Both the position numbers and the translations under genes were made by a program. Of a stretch of DNA of 64,000 nucleotides, positions 1-14,621 are shown in pieces. The stretch is taken from assembly GCF_001194135.2 (NCBI RefSeq), contig NC_068992.1, positions 67,106,101 to 67,170,100 on the forward strand, read 5' to 3'. The notes under the pieces were generated by a model that made no database searches, had not been told where the DNA came from, and saw only the letters and a program-made list of their open reading frames with translations. Source of the stretch: Octopus bimaculoides (lineage: Eukaryota). Every line of letters begins with the position of its first letter. Positions within the stretch are counted from its first letter, which is position 1.

Positions 1-141
1 CACACACACACACACACACACACTTAATACATTTATATGTCTCTGCACGAACAGACAGCCACATATGCATGCATAGCTGTGAAGGATGGCGGTTATGGTG
101 AGAGGGGGATATGGCAATGTTATAAATTTTACTATTGTTGC

Positions 142-310
142 CTTCTTCTTCTTCTTCTTCTTCTTCTTCTTCTTCTTCTTCTTCTTCTTCTTCTTCTCCA
201 CTCCACCTCCTCCTCCTCTCATCCTACTTCTCCTTCTTCTTCTTCGTCTTCTTCTTCTTTTTTTTTTCTTCTTCTTCTTCTTCTTCTTCTTCTTCTTCTT
301 CTTCTTCTTC
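142..310. repeat. Compound (CTT)n/(CCT)n microsatellite
   Basis: Seen directly; it explains the first three ORF-track entries. Confidence 0.95.
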
Positions 311-919
311 TCATCGTTATCTTTTTTAGCCGTTTCTAACCAAGGTTGAACCGTGGTTACATATTTCATTTCCATCTCATTATCATTTCGACTCAGAGCA
401 AACCCTAACTTCAATACAAAGCGCAAGGAATTTGTCTGCCGCCTTTAGAAATACGGACCGACATCACAAGACCGTCGACTGTAGGGAAACCTACAACCGA
501 TCACATTGTTCTGCCAAAGTAGTTCACTAATAATATGTTAGACGGAAGGAACGCAGAACAATATTAATCACGGTGGAATTTGATAATAAAGTCTAAGGGA
601 CAGTAGCAATATATCGTATGTCTTGAAGGCAATCGCTCTATATCATAGTACCAAGAGATTATGACATGGAAAGAATAAAGGTGGTGTATATGCGCTCGTA
701 ATATAAATTTTTTTTGTACGTATTTAGCGCTTCTCAGTAAAACGAAGGCAGCAAGGATTACTAATCAGCAGACAAAACTAGACAAAGAATACTTCAGGTT
801 CGTTCTGGAAGAGAGCTCCGTATACAGACACATAAACGCACCACACACACGCGCATAATTACACATAAACCCGGTTGGTGTTTGTATGTGTGTGCATGTA
901 CACATACATGCATACATAC

Positions 920-971
<52 letters not shown>

Positions 972-1080
972 NNNNNNNNNNNNNNNNNNNNNNNNNNNNN
1001 NNNNNNNNNNNNNNNNNNNNNNNNNNNNNNNNNNNNNNNNNNNNNNNNNNNNNNNNNNNNNNNNNNNNNNNNNNNNNNNN

Positions 1081-1111
<31 letters not shown>

Positions 1112-2419
1112 TGTGACATGATGTTTAATTACATAATACATTTCTTAAACATTTATGAAGTTAATCTTAAAACAGACATAACACCAACTACAAGAAAATT
1201 TGTCAGTTATTCTAAATGTATAATAAGATAATAAAGAATATCATACATTGATGTGCGCTAAAAGTGTTCCAGCGAATCATGCATTTGTTCGAATTGCCAC
1301 TCAATTGATTAATTATGTATAATGAATGATTGATTATGTATAATGGATGAGGAACTTGGTTCATTTGACCTCAATCATGCAACAGGCGTTTGCAATCCAT
1401 ACGTACGCATCATATAGAATCATAACTATACTAAGTTTTGATTCAACAGAGCTTAACTGAAGCTTAGAATGACATCAAATATCGATCTCTTTGGTAAAAA
1501 TACATTGGCTGACAAAATATGTGTACATCAAGATTTCCCAGTGGGAATTCATACTGAGGGATAGTCGAAGATCTCCCTCGTCGCTTGACATAAAATGAAA
1601 CTCTTCGAATAGAGCGAAATTATAAGGTGATACAGATAATTGTGTTTATATACATATGTGTGTGTGTGTGTCTATTTACATATTTATAAACACAGAGACA
1701 CACACACATATATCTACACACATACACACATACATATATATGTATGTATGTATATATATATATATATATCTTTAAAGATAGACAAACTGTAACAGGCAAA
1801 ACAAATGTATTGAAATGAAAAAATGAAAAGGTATGAACAGTTGCGTAAATAATGTATATAATGCACGCAAATGTTATCTCAACAGCTGTTTCGAATCATA
1901 GATGACTTATTGTTAAAACAATACAGGTGCATTACAGAATAGTGTAGCTATACCCACGGGTGGAAGTATCGACCAGCCATCGTTCGTTTGAAACATCTTC
2001 TACGTTGAATACATAACTTTTCACGTAAATACATTCCTTGCGATTGTTATCATTCGTCTTCCCGTTTCCATGGCTGCTTCATTGTGAGTTTCATTATAGC
2101 TAATTGTTCAGCCCTTGGACCACCTTACCAGGAGGAAGAAGTTCTGTGGAATATAAGATTCTGACATACATATATACGTGCATATATACGTGCATACATA
2201 CATACATACATACATACAAACAAACAAAAGTACCCTGTTGTTGATGTTGATATTGCAATGAAGGAGGCTTGGATCTAGGTTAGAAACCGGTTCTTTCACT
2301 ATTGGCAAGAAATCTGGAAATAAACTGAATAATGACATTCATACATACAATAGATTTACATACAAAAATATATATATTTATATATATATATACACACAAA
2401 CACATATATATATATATAT

Positions 2420-2484
<65 letters not shown>

Positions 2485-2548
2485 CACCCACACACATATA
2501 TATATATACGCATATATGTACCCACACGCACAAATACACACATATACT

Positions 2549-2605
<57 letters not shown>

Positions 2606-3031
2606 ATGTGCGTGTGTGTGCATGTGTATGTTAGTGTGTCTGTGTATGTGTTTGCGTGTGCGTATATACGCATGTATGCATCTGTACAAATATGTGTTTT
2701 TAAGTACGTATGTCTTTTGCTTTTCAAACGTGACACTTTCCGCTTCAGTTAATTTCACTTAGTTTTGTCTTTATCAGACTAATCAGCGGTCGTATAATCT
2801 GTTAGTTTCGTCTATACTAGTATTTGCATTACGAATGTTCTTATTATGTATGCTAGTATTATCGATGTTTGTCTTATCCATATTATTTTCATTAATTCTT
2901 GTATTATCTATGTTAGTATAGTCTATAATAGTATCATCTACATTAGTATAACCGATGTCTATATTATCGATATTAACATTATCGATAAGTGAAGAACCAA
3001 TATGAATTTTTGTCTATGCTAATATTATTAC

Positions 3032-3358
3032 GGCACTCCGTCGGTTACGACGACGAGGGTTCCAGTTAACTTCATCTACGGAACAGCCTGCTCGTGAAGT
3101 TAAGGTGCAAGTGGCTGAGGACTCCACAGTCACGTGTACCCTTGACGAAGTTCTCGGGGAGATTCAGCGTGATACAGAGTGTGACAAAGCTGTCCCTTTG
3201 AAATACGGGTGCAAACAGAAACAGGAAGAAAGAGTGAGTGAAAGTTGTGGTGAAAGAATACAGTAGGGTTCCCCACCACCTTTGCCTGGTCTGGGAATCA
3301 AAACCGCAATCCTATGACCGCGAGTCCGGTGTCCTAACCACTCGGCCATTGCGCCTCC
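3032..3358 (-). mobile_element. tRNA-derived SINE, family A (near full length)
   Basis: The minus strand starts GGAGGCGCAATGGCCGAGTGGTTAGG (A box) ... GGTTTTGATTCC (B box). It ends with CAGCCACTTGCAC...TTCACGAGCAGGCTGTTCCG...GGAACCCTCGTCGTCGTAACCGACGGAGTGCC, a core shared with the copies at 28951 and 50686. Confidence 0.85.
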
Positions 3359-6130
3359 AAGATGCTAATATTATTGCTGTTGTATTACCTATGTTACTAC
3401 TATCTCTGTTAGTCTCATCTATTTTGCTTTGTTTTTGCCTTTCACAGATAGCATTCACTCGATAGGATGAGTGTAGATAAGTGGAAAAACAACGAACCCT
3501 TCATACACAGTTTTAATGGATAAAAACTTGCTACAATTGTCTTAAATAATTGAAATATTTCTCACAAAACTTTCTATTAAGAATATTTATTCATTACTTT
3601 AACTGCTTATATCGCAGTTTTCTTTCATTAAAAAAAATGTTTCGTCACACGTTTAAAAAATTGCATTTGATGAGTGTTAGGTCGTGTAACAGCTGAAATA
3701 CGTTTAGTGGTCAGGCAAGACTTGATTAAAATCACTCTTGCGAGACGTTTATCAGAGAAATTTCATTTTATCATATACACTTAGATAGAGTATGTGTGTG
3801 TGTGTGGGGGAATCTGTGTTTCACAGTATGAGTATTTGAGTACATGAGAGCATGTGTGAGTGTGTGTGTTGACTCTCAAATCGAATGAAAATTCCCATTA
3901 TATATAAATGAAGTGGAGAATGTCGGTGATACACGAAAGCTAACAACGCTGTCAGTTGAAAGTTGGAATTCAACTCCAAGTTTCTGATAATCGTTATAAC
4001 ATACAAACTATGGTAAAGATATTTAGTATCTGATTACTAATGCATATCTGAATAATATGTGATACACACCAGAACAACACTGTGGTTTAAGCAACAACAT
4101 AATTGATTTGTTAACTTTAATCTCGGTCAATAGACCCAGAGAAGTTATCAAAGAATCCGTTACAACGCATTCATTCATGTACATTGGATTTCTGCTTCGT
4201 CTACTTCACCAAAAGATGTCTACGCCTCAGTCTTGAGAAGTGATTGTTCAGATTTGAAATTCCTCGTAGATTCTTTTAAGATTAAAAATTAACAACCTTT
4301 CGATTTCTCGTTTGATACTTAATCAATAGTTCACTCTTGTTGTGCGTATATTATTATTTCCTGCGTCTCGGTTTGTGACGTGCTTCAGATGGAAGAATGT
4401 TGCAATAACTAAAATACATAATTTATTTTCTGCTCTCTTCGTTCTGAGTTCTCTTGGAGTGGAAATTAGTTTTCGTCTTATCTTTGTAGGAGAGGGATGT
4501 CGATAAAACAAGTACTACGAATAAAATAGGGCCAATTCGATCAATTATATTTTTCATTAGACGAATTGGAAAAAAAAATCAATAAATTATTTATCAAGGG
4601 GAAAACTGCGACAATAGATGCAATTGTTTTATTTTCATAATTAAATGTATCAATCAATGTTTAATTAGAGCTATTGGATGAACGAGAGAAAATGGCTGCG
4701 ATAACGTTCGGCTTTTTTCCCCATGGGTTTTAGCAAACGTGTGAAATTAAATAGCTTAAAATCTGAATAGAACCTCCACCATCACCGCTTGCATTTGTGC
4801 ATTTTAAAATAAGGCGTCATTGAGAAATCTCTTTAGAGAAAACATGCAAAATGAATCAAATTTCTTTACATTCTACCTGCTACTTTTAGAAATTCATTCT
4901 ATGTGTTATGCAAATTTCTTGGAATAATAATCGAAAAAAAGCTGATTCTTGTATCTCATTTGAAAGTCCACTTACTTCAATGCGTACCATTACTTTCATT
5001 TAATTTTTTTTTGTTGGAACTGTTCTGGGACTGCCTGGTAGTATGTAAATTTGCAATATGCAAATTTCCTTTGAATTTCTAATTAATGTCTAGTGGAATC
5101 AAATCGCCAATTTATAATAGAGTAGATGACGATGACTGATACAGACTCATCAATGAAATAAGCGGGCGGCTTCCTTTGATAAATCCATTTCAATAGAAGC
5201 GTTGAAACATCTATTAGCAACATGCAAAATTCCACCTCTCTGTTTGTGCCGACCATTTGGCATTATGAGCTAAATTAAAATAAATTATCTGTGATATATT
5301 ATTTTGAGAACATATTTTCACACAACCATAGAAATATACAAATTTTACACAAATATTTTGAACGAAGATCATAAATTACATTTGAATAATTTTTGTTTTT
5401 GTTTATTATATATAATGGTGCGATGGGGGTGAGGGATAAACGTGTTATTCTACCGGTTATGTCTTTCCCAAAGAAACTTCTTGCATAAATGAATTAATGT
5501 CACCTAAGTATCATACATATTTGATAAAGTTTCTGTTAAGTTAGGCTAAAATATTCCAACCTTTTAGAAGAGAGGTAATATGTCATTCCCAAAGGTATTA
5601 ACAGCATAATTGATTCGAGAATATTATAAATAAGAATTAAAATTGCAACACTATCTCCATTTGCCCAAAACCTTAACTTTCGCTTTGCGACGATCCTTAT
5701 GACGAGTTAATAAAACTATTAATTTACAACATAATTAAGTTATTACATTGTATAATTAATAATTTTTATAATGTTGGCATGAAACCACAGATATATATCC
5801 GATAGTAAAATAATTTTGTGAGAGAGAGGGAAAATGGATTTTCAACCCATCTCTCGTGGCTGGGATTCTAAATATCTGGTTTAGGTGTATCTCTCGGTGG
5901 GGACTTATCTTCTCAGGTGATTTCAATAGGTATCTCGTTAAAATACACTCTGTTTCACAAGATTTCTTCTTGGTCTTCCAATATAGAAGTGGTAAATCAA
6001 GTTATACAGCTTCATTCTTATAGAAGATCCATAACAAATATCAGATACAAAAAGAGTCAAATACACGATACAACGAAAAAGTATTAGATTTAACTGTTAG
6101 TAGATATGGATGTACAAGCTCATCTATACA

Positions 6131-6347
6131 TACATGAGTGTTTGTTGAAAAGTTCCTGGCTTTAAGGGTGCCGTTGAAGGCCTGGTTGGAGGTCGAACAT
6201 TCCGCGTTCTTTTACAGGGATTTGAAAAACTGAAGGACCGCTGCAATAAGTGTGTGTAACTGAGAGTGGATTATGTCGAAGAAAATCATAATTAACTGGT
6301 CCTTCTGTATATTCTTTTATTTACCCAAAGCCAGGAACACTCTCGTA
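6131..6347 (+). mobile_element. Internally deleted mariner element (MITE-like)
   Basis: TA at both ends. Inverted termini share GTTCCTGGCTTT / AAAGCCAGGAAC. The interior keeps the transposase C-terminus QGFEKLKDRCNKCV*LRVDYVEE. Confidence 0.8.
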
Positions 6348-7528
6348 TAGATTTTTGACAAAGGAATTCAAAAATTTAGCATTTCAAATTTCACTGGATA
6401 GAAATAATCACTTGCATTATCTTTCGTATTCTTTTGGTTCACAGAATAATACAAACATTGTGATCTATGCCTACGGTTTCGATTATCTTTACGTTTATGT
6501 CCTCTCCATCATTTAATAATACCTTTACAACTACTGCTTGAAATATGGTAATCGCAATAATTCAATCCAAGGTGATTTGAAATAAAGTGTATAACTGCTT
6601 AAAAGGAAAAAAAAACATTAGCTATGATGTTTAGTTAAGTAAACTGAAAACTTTAAAAGATTTATATTTATCGATACAGAACAAGACATATTTAAACTTC
6701 ACCTGATATATGAATTCATTTAAAATTTTCAAGCAGACAAAGAATTGCAGTTATATAAAGATGGTGTTTTGAGATCCGTTGATATTCGAGCCTTCGGCAT
6801 ATATGAAGAAGGGCGTTTAATAGAAATCGAAATCTAGTTACGTATACCAGTCACCGTCAGCTATAATTTCGTTCGTTCTTTTCAATGAAACATAATTGAC
6901 TGTTAAACTGTTGATGTGTTCAATAAATTAAAATTTTACTGCCTATCAGCAATGCCTATCAATAATGCAAGACATAAATGCCAAAAGAATAGGAAAATTA
7001 TTAAAATATTTATACTTTCTAAATTTAATAATTATGGTAATTAACTGCCCGTTTGACTGTGACAGAAATCAATGATGGTAAGGATTATATGCATAGGTTT
7101 GCGTCAAAATGAGACAAGATTTAAGCCGCAAATAAGGTAATTTATATTCAATTTCAATAACTCGTTTGTGAATACATGAAACTTGCTCCTGCTAATGACT
7201 TCTGAACTTGACAATCACATTAATGTTTCCTTATTTAGCACGTTCATCCGTGAAGTAAGACCTGAATCTGCCATTTGCAACAATAAATTCGAAGAGTGTA
7301 GGTAGTGGTTACAGCAATGTGGAATTAAAATACTTCAATACACTAGGCTGGACGAAGTCCAACAATTCATTGGTGATCGAATCTTAACCAAAATTGATAT
7401 TTCGAATGGTTCGTAAAAATGATCACTAATTCACTATTTCTTATACTTACTGAATCAAACACTGTTTGTAAAGTTATAGCAATTTTCCGTAACTGAGGCA
7501 GCTATTATTTTGTTTCTTGTAAGTATGC

Positions 7529-7602
7529 AAAATTAAGAATAAAATCATTATTTATTTAAAGATTAAAAATTAAGAATAAAATCCTGTTTCATTTAAAGAT
7601 TG
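7529..7602. repeat. 37-bp tandem duplication
   Basis: AAAATTAAGAATAAAATC(attattt/ctgtttc)ATTTAAAGATT occurs twice. Confidence 0.8.
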
Positions 7603-7719
7603 TTGTATTTATAAGCGTACTGTTTGTATATAGTCTTTTCTGTTGTAAAGTATTGCTTGCATACATTTACCAAGAAGAACACAAACATTCACTCGCAGAA
7701 TATTTCATATTACTATATT

Positions 7720-8860
7720 CATTCTTTTGGGACCTGCTAGCATCAAACTGTTGTCTTCGGCATAAATAATTTCTTCGTGCCTTAAGGTAACGTTTGTCCA
7801 ATACATATAAGGAAATCCGGTTGAGTGGAAATAAAATTCATCGAAACGAAAATGAAACTTAGGATCAGCCAAAGACAAAGCTATTTGTTTTACATCGACC
7901 AGTAACCCGATCATTAACCCGATCCCACCAAACGGATTTCGTTCCTACATACCTAGTGCACGCGCTCTAGCTCTGACAAAGAAGAATTAGCCGAGGGCCA
8001 ATCTCGCCACAAACATGTCATTTCATGCCATTTCTAAGTCTTCTGTCTTCTAACTAGGGTTCCTTCTAATCTACTTTTCTCTATCACCCTACTAACTCTT
8101 ATCTATTATATTCTAATCACTCTTTTCAAGGCGAATCACCATTTGGAATTGACAAATTTCACTGTTTGTGTTCGCCTAATTAATTCGCTTAATCCTGTCT
8201 CTGTAAGACTAACGCACAAAAATGCTCTGTTTAGCTTTCAGATTTGTGGTCTGTAAATCCAACGACCTTTAATTCTGGATCACCTTCACTGTCCCTTTCA
8301 GGTAACCAGATATGATCTGAATGATATGAATGGTTTCTCCGTATGCACATTTGGGAAATGCTCTCGCTATCTCTCCCACATAGTTGAAAACTTCTTAGCA
8401 GGTTTGCGAGCATCTTGCACCTCTTTTGCTATCGGCAAACTCGACACACCTATCTTCTATCCAAGATAAAGTATTTAGTCATTCGTGAATGGTAAAGAGC
8501 GGACGTTCCTACATAGACCTCCAGATGCATGATAAAATCAGGCCGCACCGTCCATTTTGGGGCTCAGACTTAAGGTATGACCTTCACAACTAGTCAAGTC
8601 CTGAGCCACAAACTTATCTCTTGGCTCAATAAAAATGGTTCGCATCTCAAGTTCAAAGCATTTCCGAAGCCACACAGCAACTCTGGTTCCTGATCCTAGC
8701 CGACTTGTGAATGCATTTTTATTGTAAGCATTAAAGGTGAGTTTAAAGGCTTGTGCTTAAATTCTTGTCTGACTTATGGCCATCACAGCTAGATGTACTT
8801 ACCTGAGGCTGTCGATGCGGATGTTCTCGTAACACATTGCTAATTTTGAGTAAACCATAT
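7720..8860 (-). mobile_element. Decayed L1/Tx1-clade LINE, 5' part of ORF2 (AP endonuclease plus linker)
   Basis: Minus-strand translation with stops and frameshifts gives VMAISQTRI (APE E motif), GSGTRVAVWLRKCFELEMRTIFIEPRDKFVAQDL, MLANLLRSFQL, REHFPNV...RSYL, KVVGFTDHK (SDH motif), then ARLALG and VRARARAL. This is the motif order of L1/Tx1 ORF2. Confidence 0.75.
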
Positions 8861-9133
8861 TTGAGGAGTAAATAACAAACATTTAGTTTATCCCTTTAAA
8901 ACAACTTTTAGCTGCTCGTGGCTGTTTCCACGAGTAAGTCTGTAGGAGATTTTTCTTAATATTCCCTCGGATATTTTCTCATTTATCAGTATATTTCAAT
9001 GATACAAGTTTCTATGTCTTTTGTGCTGTTTTAATGTTTTTATGTGAGTCTGTATCTGATATTTTGGGTGGAATGAAACAACCGTGTGACAAATTTGTTT
9101 TGTTATTATAGTTTTGTGTTGTTGTTGTTGTTG

Positions 9134-9164
<31 letters not shown>

Positions 9165-10103
9165 TATTATTATTGTTTTGCTGTAGTTGCTGTTGTTTTT
9201 GTTGTTATTATCATTGTTATCATTATTTCATTTTTCACATCCCAAACATTAATAATGTCAATGAGTGAAGTTTCCCTAAAATATATCACCATATAAATGC
9301 TAAAGACAATAGACACGATACGTTGTTAGGAATGTGCGATTTCTATTCGAGAATAATTTTACATTTGAAACACCTTGCCGAAATTGATGACAGTGTTATG
9401 GTATCATCCTCGTTGCATTGTCTGCACTGTAACCGGAGCACATACTATGAACAGACTCTCTCTGCGCACTTGGAAATGAATGCAGTAATGGGGTGTAGAT
9501 TCATTACTTAAACTATATTACTGCTGTAAGTTTCACGAGTGTTTATTTCACTTGCAGTAGTTATTTCCGATAGTAAAATAATTTTACTATTGTGTAGGAA
9601 TAGATAAGTTACTCATAAAAGAGACATCTTCATTGAAACGTAGACGAGATCTAGAAACTTCTAGCTTAGTTCACCGGAGTGTAAAAATTAAATTCAAAAA
9701 CTATATTATATAAAATGTACATTCCAATTGATGTTCAAAAGTGGAACTGGATGATTAACTTGCTTAAATGAACAATAATATCGAGTGAAATTTTAACATT
9801 GATTCAAACATTGTCAAATGGAAAATGTAAACGTTAAAAATTGACTCAATTATAAAAGGAAAATATAACAAGTTTATAGACAAGAAGTTCTACTTCATAG
9901 AATATAAAATTACATTGCATTCTAAATATTGGAATTCGCTCACCGAATAAATTTCTCCTTGGCAACAGAGTCAAATCTCATTTTCATGCTTTTCTGCAAA
10001 CATCCCAAGCAAATCGATGAATTTACTAGAAGAATGATTACTTCTAAATTGCAGAGTTAATCGTGCAAAAACGAATCATGTATGTATACATAGATACATA
10101 CAT

Positions 10104-10134
<31 letters not shown>

Positions 10135-11007
10135 TGTTAGTGATATATGACGTTTCTATATTTACGCTTACATAAAGATACCTGCACATATCTATGTACA
10201 TAAATGTATATACTCAGGTGTGTATTAGAAACACAGACATAACAAATAATTAACTTAAGTCGGTTCTTCTCTCTAAAAAGTATGAAGATCCTCAGAGAGA
10301 TTGAAGAAATTAGCAAAAGGTTCTCTCAATCCTTATGGAGACATTAAAGAAATTTAAACTAGTTTTATTTTAAACACAGAGTTGTAATATATGCAATTGT
10401 GTATCTATATGATTGTAACATACACACATTTGATTCAAGATATATGAAATGCATACAATTGTTTCCGTAAAGTTGTTATGTATACAGTGGGTTTGTTCCT
10501 TGCAAAGCCGAAACAAATATACTGTACAAACTTTTAAATTTATTAAGAGTAGAAAATTAAATTTCTAAACATCATATACAACTCTTCTTTCTAAAACATA
10601 TTTAAGCATACAATCATAAATACAGACAAATAATTCCAACATTTATCTTACATTGATACATACATACATACATACATGCTGTATAGATGTATATGGATGG
10701 GTGTGTATGTATGTACAAACACATGTGCATGCCAACCATTAGACCTATATGCGTAAATGCATATTTATAGGTATTTAAATATACAAAAATACGCACAAAC
10801 ACTTACATATAGGTATATACATGCATACATGCACACACGCATACACACACATACACACACGTACGCGCACACACAGAGATATATATGCGTGTGTATGTAC
10901 GTGTGTGCGTGTATGTATGAATGGAAAATTGATTATGTATGTGCGTATATAATCATACATTTCACTCTAGCTCCGTATATGTACACACACACACACACAC
11001 ACACACA

Positions 11008-11038
<31 letters not shown>

Positions 11039-11149
11039 NNNNNNNNNNNNNNNNNNNNNNNNNNNNNNNNNNNNNNNNNNNNNNNNNNNNNNNNNNNNNN
11101 NNNNNNNNNNNNNNNNNNNNNNNNNNNNNNTATACATATATATTTGTAA

Positions 11150-11186
<37 letters not shown>

Positions 11187-11253
11187 CATGTATATCTATG
11201 TATATATGTGTAAATATATATAAACTTATATATATATATATATATAAATATAC

Positions 11254-11295
<42 letters not shown>

Positions 11296-11970
11296 TACAT
11301 ATTAATGTGTATGCATATGTGTGCGCAAGCGAGTTTGCCTGTGTGCGTGTATGAAAATTGCTACTTATTCTCTTCCATTTACTTTGTGACTGCACATAAA
11401 CTTAAAAGAATATTTTACATTCATGAAATGTCCACCAACAATATCGAAGGTCAAAGCTGATTCTAGCTCAATTCTTTCTTTTATTTCTGTTTAATTTCCA
11501 TTACAAGTTTATCATATTATCTTGATCTTTTATTATTATATCTCGACACATGTTTTCTTTTTTATTAATACTTATTTTATTATTGGAATTTCGATAATAA
11601 ATAATAATGTCTCTACTTGAATTACGCATATTTGCTGGTCGATATGATCGATACAAGTGATTCTGTTTGCCTATTGTTAATACTGTTGTTGTGCAGTTAT
11701 GGAACGGAATATTCTAGCGACTACAATAGCTCGCCGATTTAAACCGGAATCTAGTCCAGTCCTTACTTTTGCAACTTCAAAAATATACAAGAGGCTTGTT
11801 TCGTGCTTTTTCAAAAATACGAGCAAAAAGTGTAAATGGATATTTCAACATCACAAAATCTTGATTCTTTAAAAACAATATCACATATTCACACAATACA
11901 TATTATTCTTATTAATTCAATAGTTATAATGGTATCGGTGCTACTAATGCTTCGGACATATATGACTTCC

Positions 11971-12029
<59 letters not shown>

Positions 12030-12040
12030 TAATAATAATA
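11971..12040. repeat. (AAT)n microsatellite
   Basis: Seen directly. Confidence 0.95.
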
Positions 12041-13143
12041 GAAGACTAACATCGACAAAAATTCAAATTATTGAAATGTTTTGACGAGCTTATGGAGAAT
12101 ATGGAGGTGTGAAATAGCTTATGAAACACGTACTTCTTGTATTTGCGGTTCTGATTTTGATCAGAACCGCAAATGCATGAAGTACAGTAAAGAGTTGAAA
12201 TGCATCTGGGATTGACAAGTTCCACAATTTCTGGTTGAAGCGCCTGACCAGTATTCACGGCAATACAATAGCTGTATAAAGCCTTATAGACAAATTAATA
12301 ATTATATATAGAGCGTTTTTTCAATATTTATTTTTGTTTGCAATAACCGTTTTTTTAGGTTAAAATGTCGTATCTCCAGCTGCTTCAGTTCCAACATATC
12401 AAAGTGTAGTACAACGGTTTTACAATGGAATGGTGAAACGTTTTGGACTTACAACACTTGTGCATAATAGCAACGATATGTATATGTATACACACACGTG
12501 CACATACACACACACACACACACATGTATGCGTGTGTATATATATGTAACTGGATGAGCTGTTTTGCTATTATATTTCCTAAGATGTCATCATATTAGCT
12601 TTTTATAAACAAAACGAGTAGCTGCAGTATAGCTTTGGCCTTTCATATTATTAAATTTTCTGTTCTGTAAATATAGTTTCGTTATTAACTCAGACGTGGT
12701 CTATTTTTGTCTGCTCCTTATTCTTATGTTACTTCACTACTTTCGATAATCTGTTATTTTATCCGATGCTCCTATTTACGTTAGTTAATCTAATATATTT
12801 ATAGACGATTGCAGTTTGCTTTCCCCCTCCAAACATTTGATGAATTTCCATTATCATCCGCAAATATTTTCTATCTGTTTTGAGGGATTTTTTATATTTA
12901 TACGCCTTTATCATTAGTGCGTATATATNNNNNNNNNNNNNNNNNNNNNNNNNNNNNNNNNNNNNNNNNNNNNNNNNNNNNNNNNNNNNNNNNNNNNNNN
13001 NNNNNNNNNNNNNNNNNNNNNNNNNNNNNNNNNNNNNNNNNNNNNNNNNNNNNNNNNNNNNNNNNNNTATATATATATACATATATATTTATGTACATAT
13101 GTATATACCTATCTGTCTACATTTATATGTGTATATATGCATG

Positions 13144-13174
<31 letters not shown>

Positions 13175-13888
13175 ATGTCTGTGTATAAAGATTGAGAGGA
13201 GTATAGAAACAATGAAAGAGATAGGATGCCAAGTGTCTGGTTAGATAGATCGATGGATAGATCAATAGATCATACTTAGGTGGGAAGATGGAGATATATC
13301 AACAGAGGTATTTATGTCTAATTCCTATTCTTAAATTCGTAGTCAATTCGCCATATATTGTGATTTCACCATTATTACAGACGACTTTAGCGATTGTCTG
13401 CATCATGTGCTGTCTGCCTTTATTTGGCAATGTTTGCCCATTACTTTGAAAAAAAATATTACTATCTCCTTGATCATGAATATATTTTGCTTTGACAGAC
13501 ACTTGACAGTCTGACATAATACATAAATCTATGTAAATGGATGCTCTACCATGCCAGCAGCTAAAAACTCGCAATTGATTGTGATTGCGTGAGTAATAGT
13601 GCAATGGAAATGGCATTCATGAAGCTCTAATGTTATTGTTTTTTAAATATTGTTTGTAAGTTTTACCCATATATAAACACATTCATTACACTATCAGATA
13701 CACACGAAAGATACGCGCATGCACAAACACACACACACAGACATAAATAGTCAATGAGATTTGTCTAGTTATTGAATGATAGGAATTAGACATAAATACC
13801 TCTGGCGATACATATATATATATATGTATGCATATAAAGTTATGTAGCATATATATATAAATATCAGTCTATCTGTCTACCTTCGTCC

Positions 13889-13962
<74 letters not shown>
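13889..13962. repeat. (ATCT)n microsatellite; further arrays at 15421-15487, 23780-23873, 28765-28817, 54115-54170, 57974-58015
   Basis: Seen directly. Confidence 0.95.
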
Positions 13963-14015
13963 CCATCTGTATATGGACATCCATCCACACACACACACAC
14001 CTACATATATACGTG

Positions 14016-14048
<33 letters not shown>

Positions 14049-14567
14049 GTGNNNNNNNNNNNNNNNNNNNNNNNNNNNNNNNNNNNNNNNNNNNNNNNNN
14101 NNNNNNNNNNNNNNNNNNNNNNNNNNNNNNNNNNNNNNNNNNNNNNNNNNNNNNNNNNNNNNNNNNNNNNNNNNNNNNNNNNNNNNNNNNNNNNNNNNNN
14201 NNNNNNNNNNNNNNNNNNNNNNNNNNNNNNNNNNNNNNNNNNNNNNNNNNNNNNNNNNNNNNNNNNNNNNNNNNNNNNNNNNNNNNNNNNNNNNNNNNNN
14301 NNNNNNNNNNNNNNNNNNNNNNNNNNNNNNNNNNNNNNNNNNNNNNNNNNNNNNNNNNNNNNNNNNNNNNNNNNNNNNNNNNNNNNNNNNNNNNNNNNNN
14401 NNNNNNNNNNNNNNNNNNNNNNNNNNNNNNNNNNNNNNNNNNNNNNNNNNNNNNNNNNNNNNNNNNNNNNNNNNNNNNNNNNNNNNNNNNNNNNNNNNNN
14501 NNNNNNNNNNNNNNNNNNNNNNNNNNNNNNNNNNNNNNNNNNNNNNNNNNNNNNNNNNNNNNNNNNN

Positions 14568-14621
<54 letters not shown>

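Noticed and set aside
1966-1990. IDQPSFV, resembling the neprilysin IDQP.LG motif
   Set aside because: There is an immediate in-frame stop and no splice acceptor at the expected position.
8797-8845. Strong minus-strand splice donor CAG|GTAAGT suggesting an antisense gene
   Set aside because: It lies inside the L1/Tx1 endonuclease remnant and has no supporting partner exons.
5799-9585. Exact 19-mer CCGATAGTAAAATAATTTT at 5799 and 9567
   Set aside because: It is AT-rich and its flanks do not align, so it is only marginally beyond chance.
13299-13616. 105-aa non-repetitive minus-strand ORF (MPFPLHYY...)
   Set aside because: No recognisable motif or splice context. Roughly one ORF of this length is expected by chance in a window of this size.
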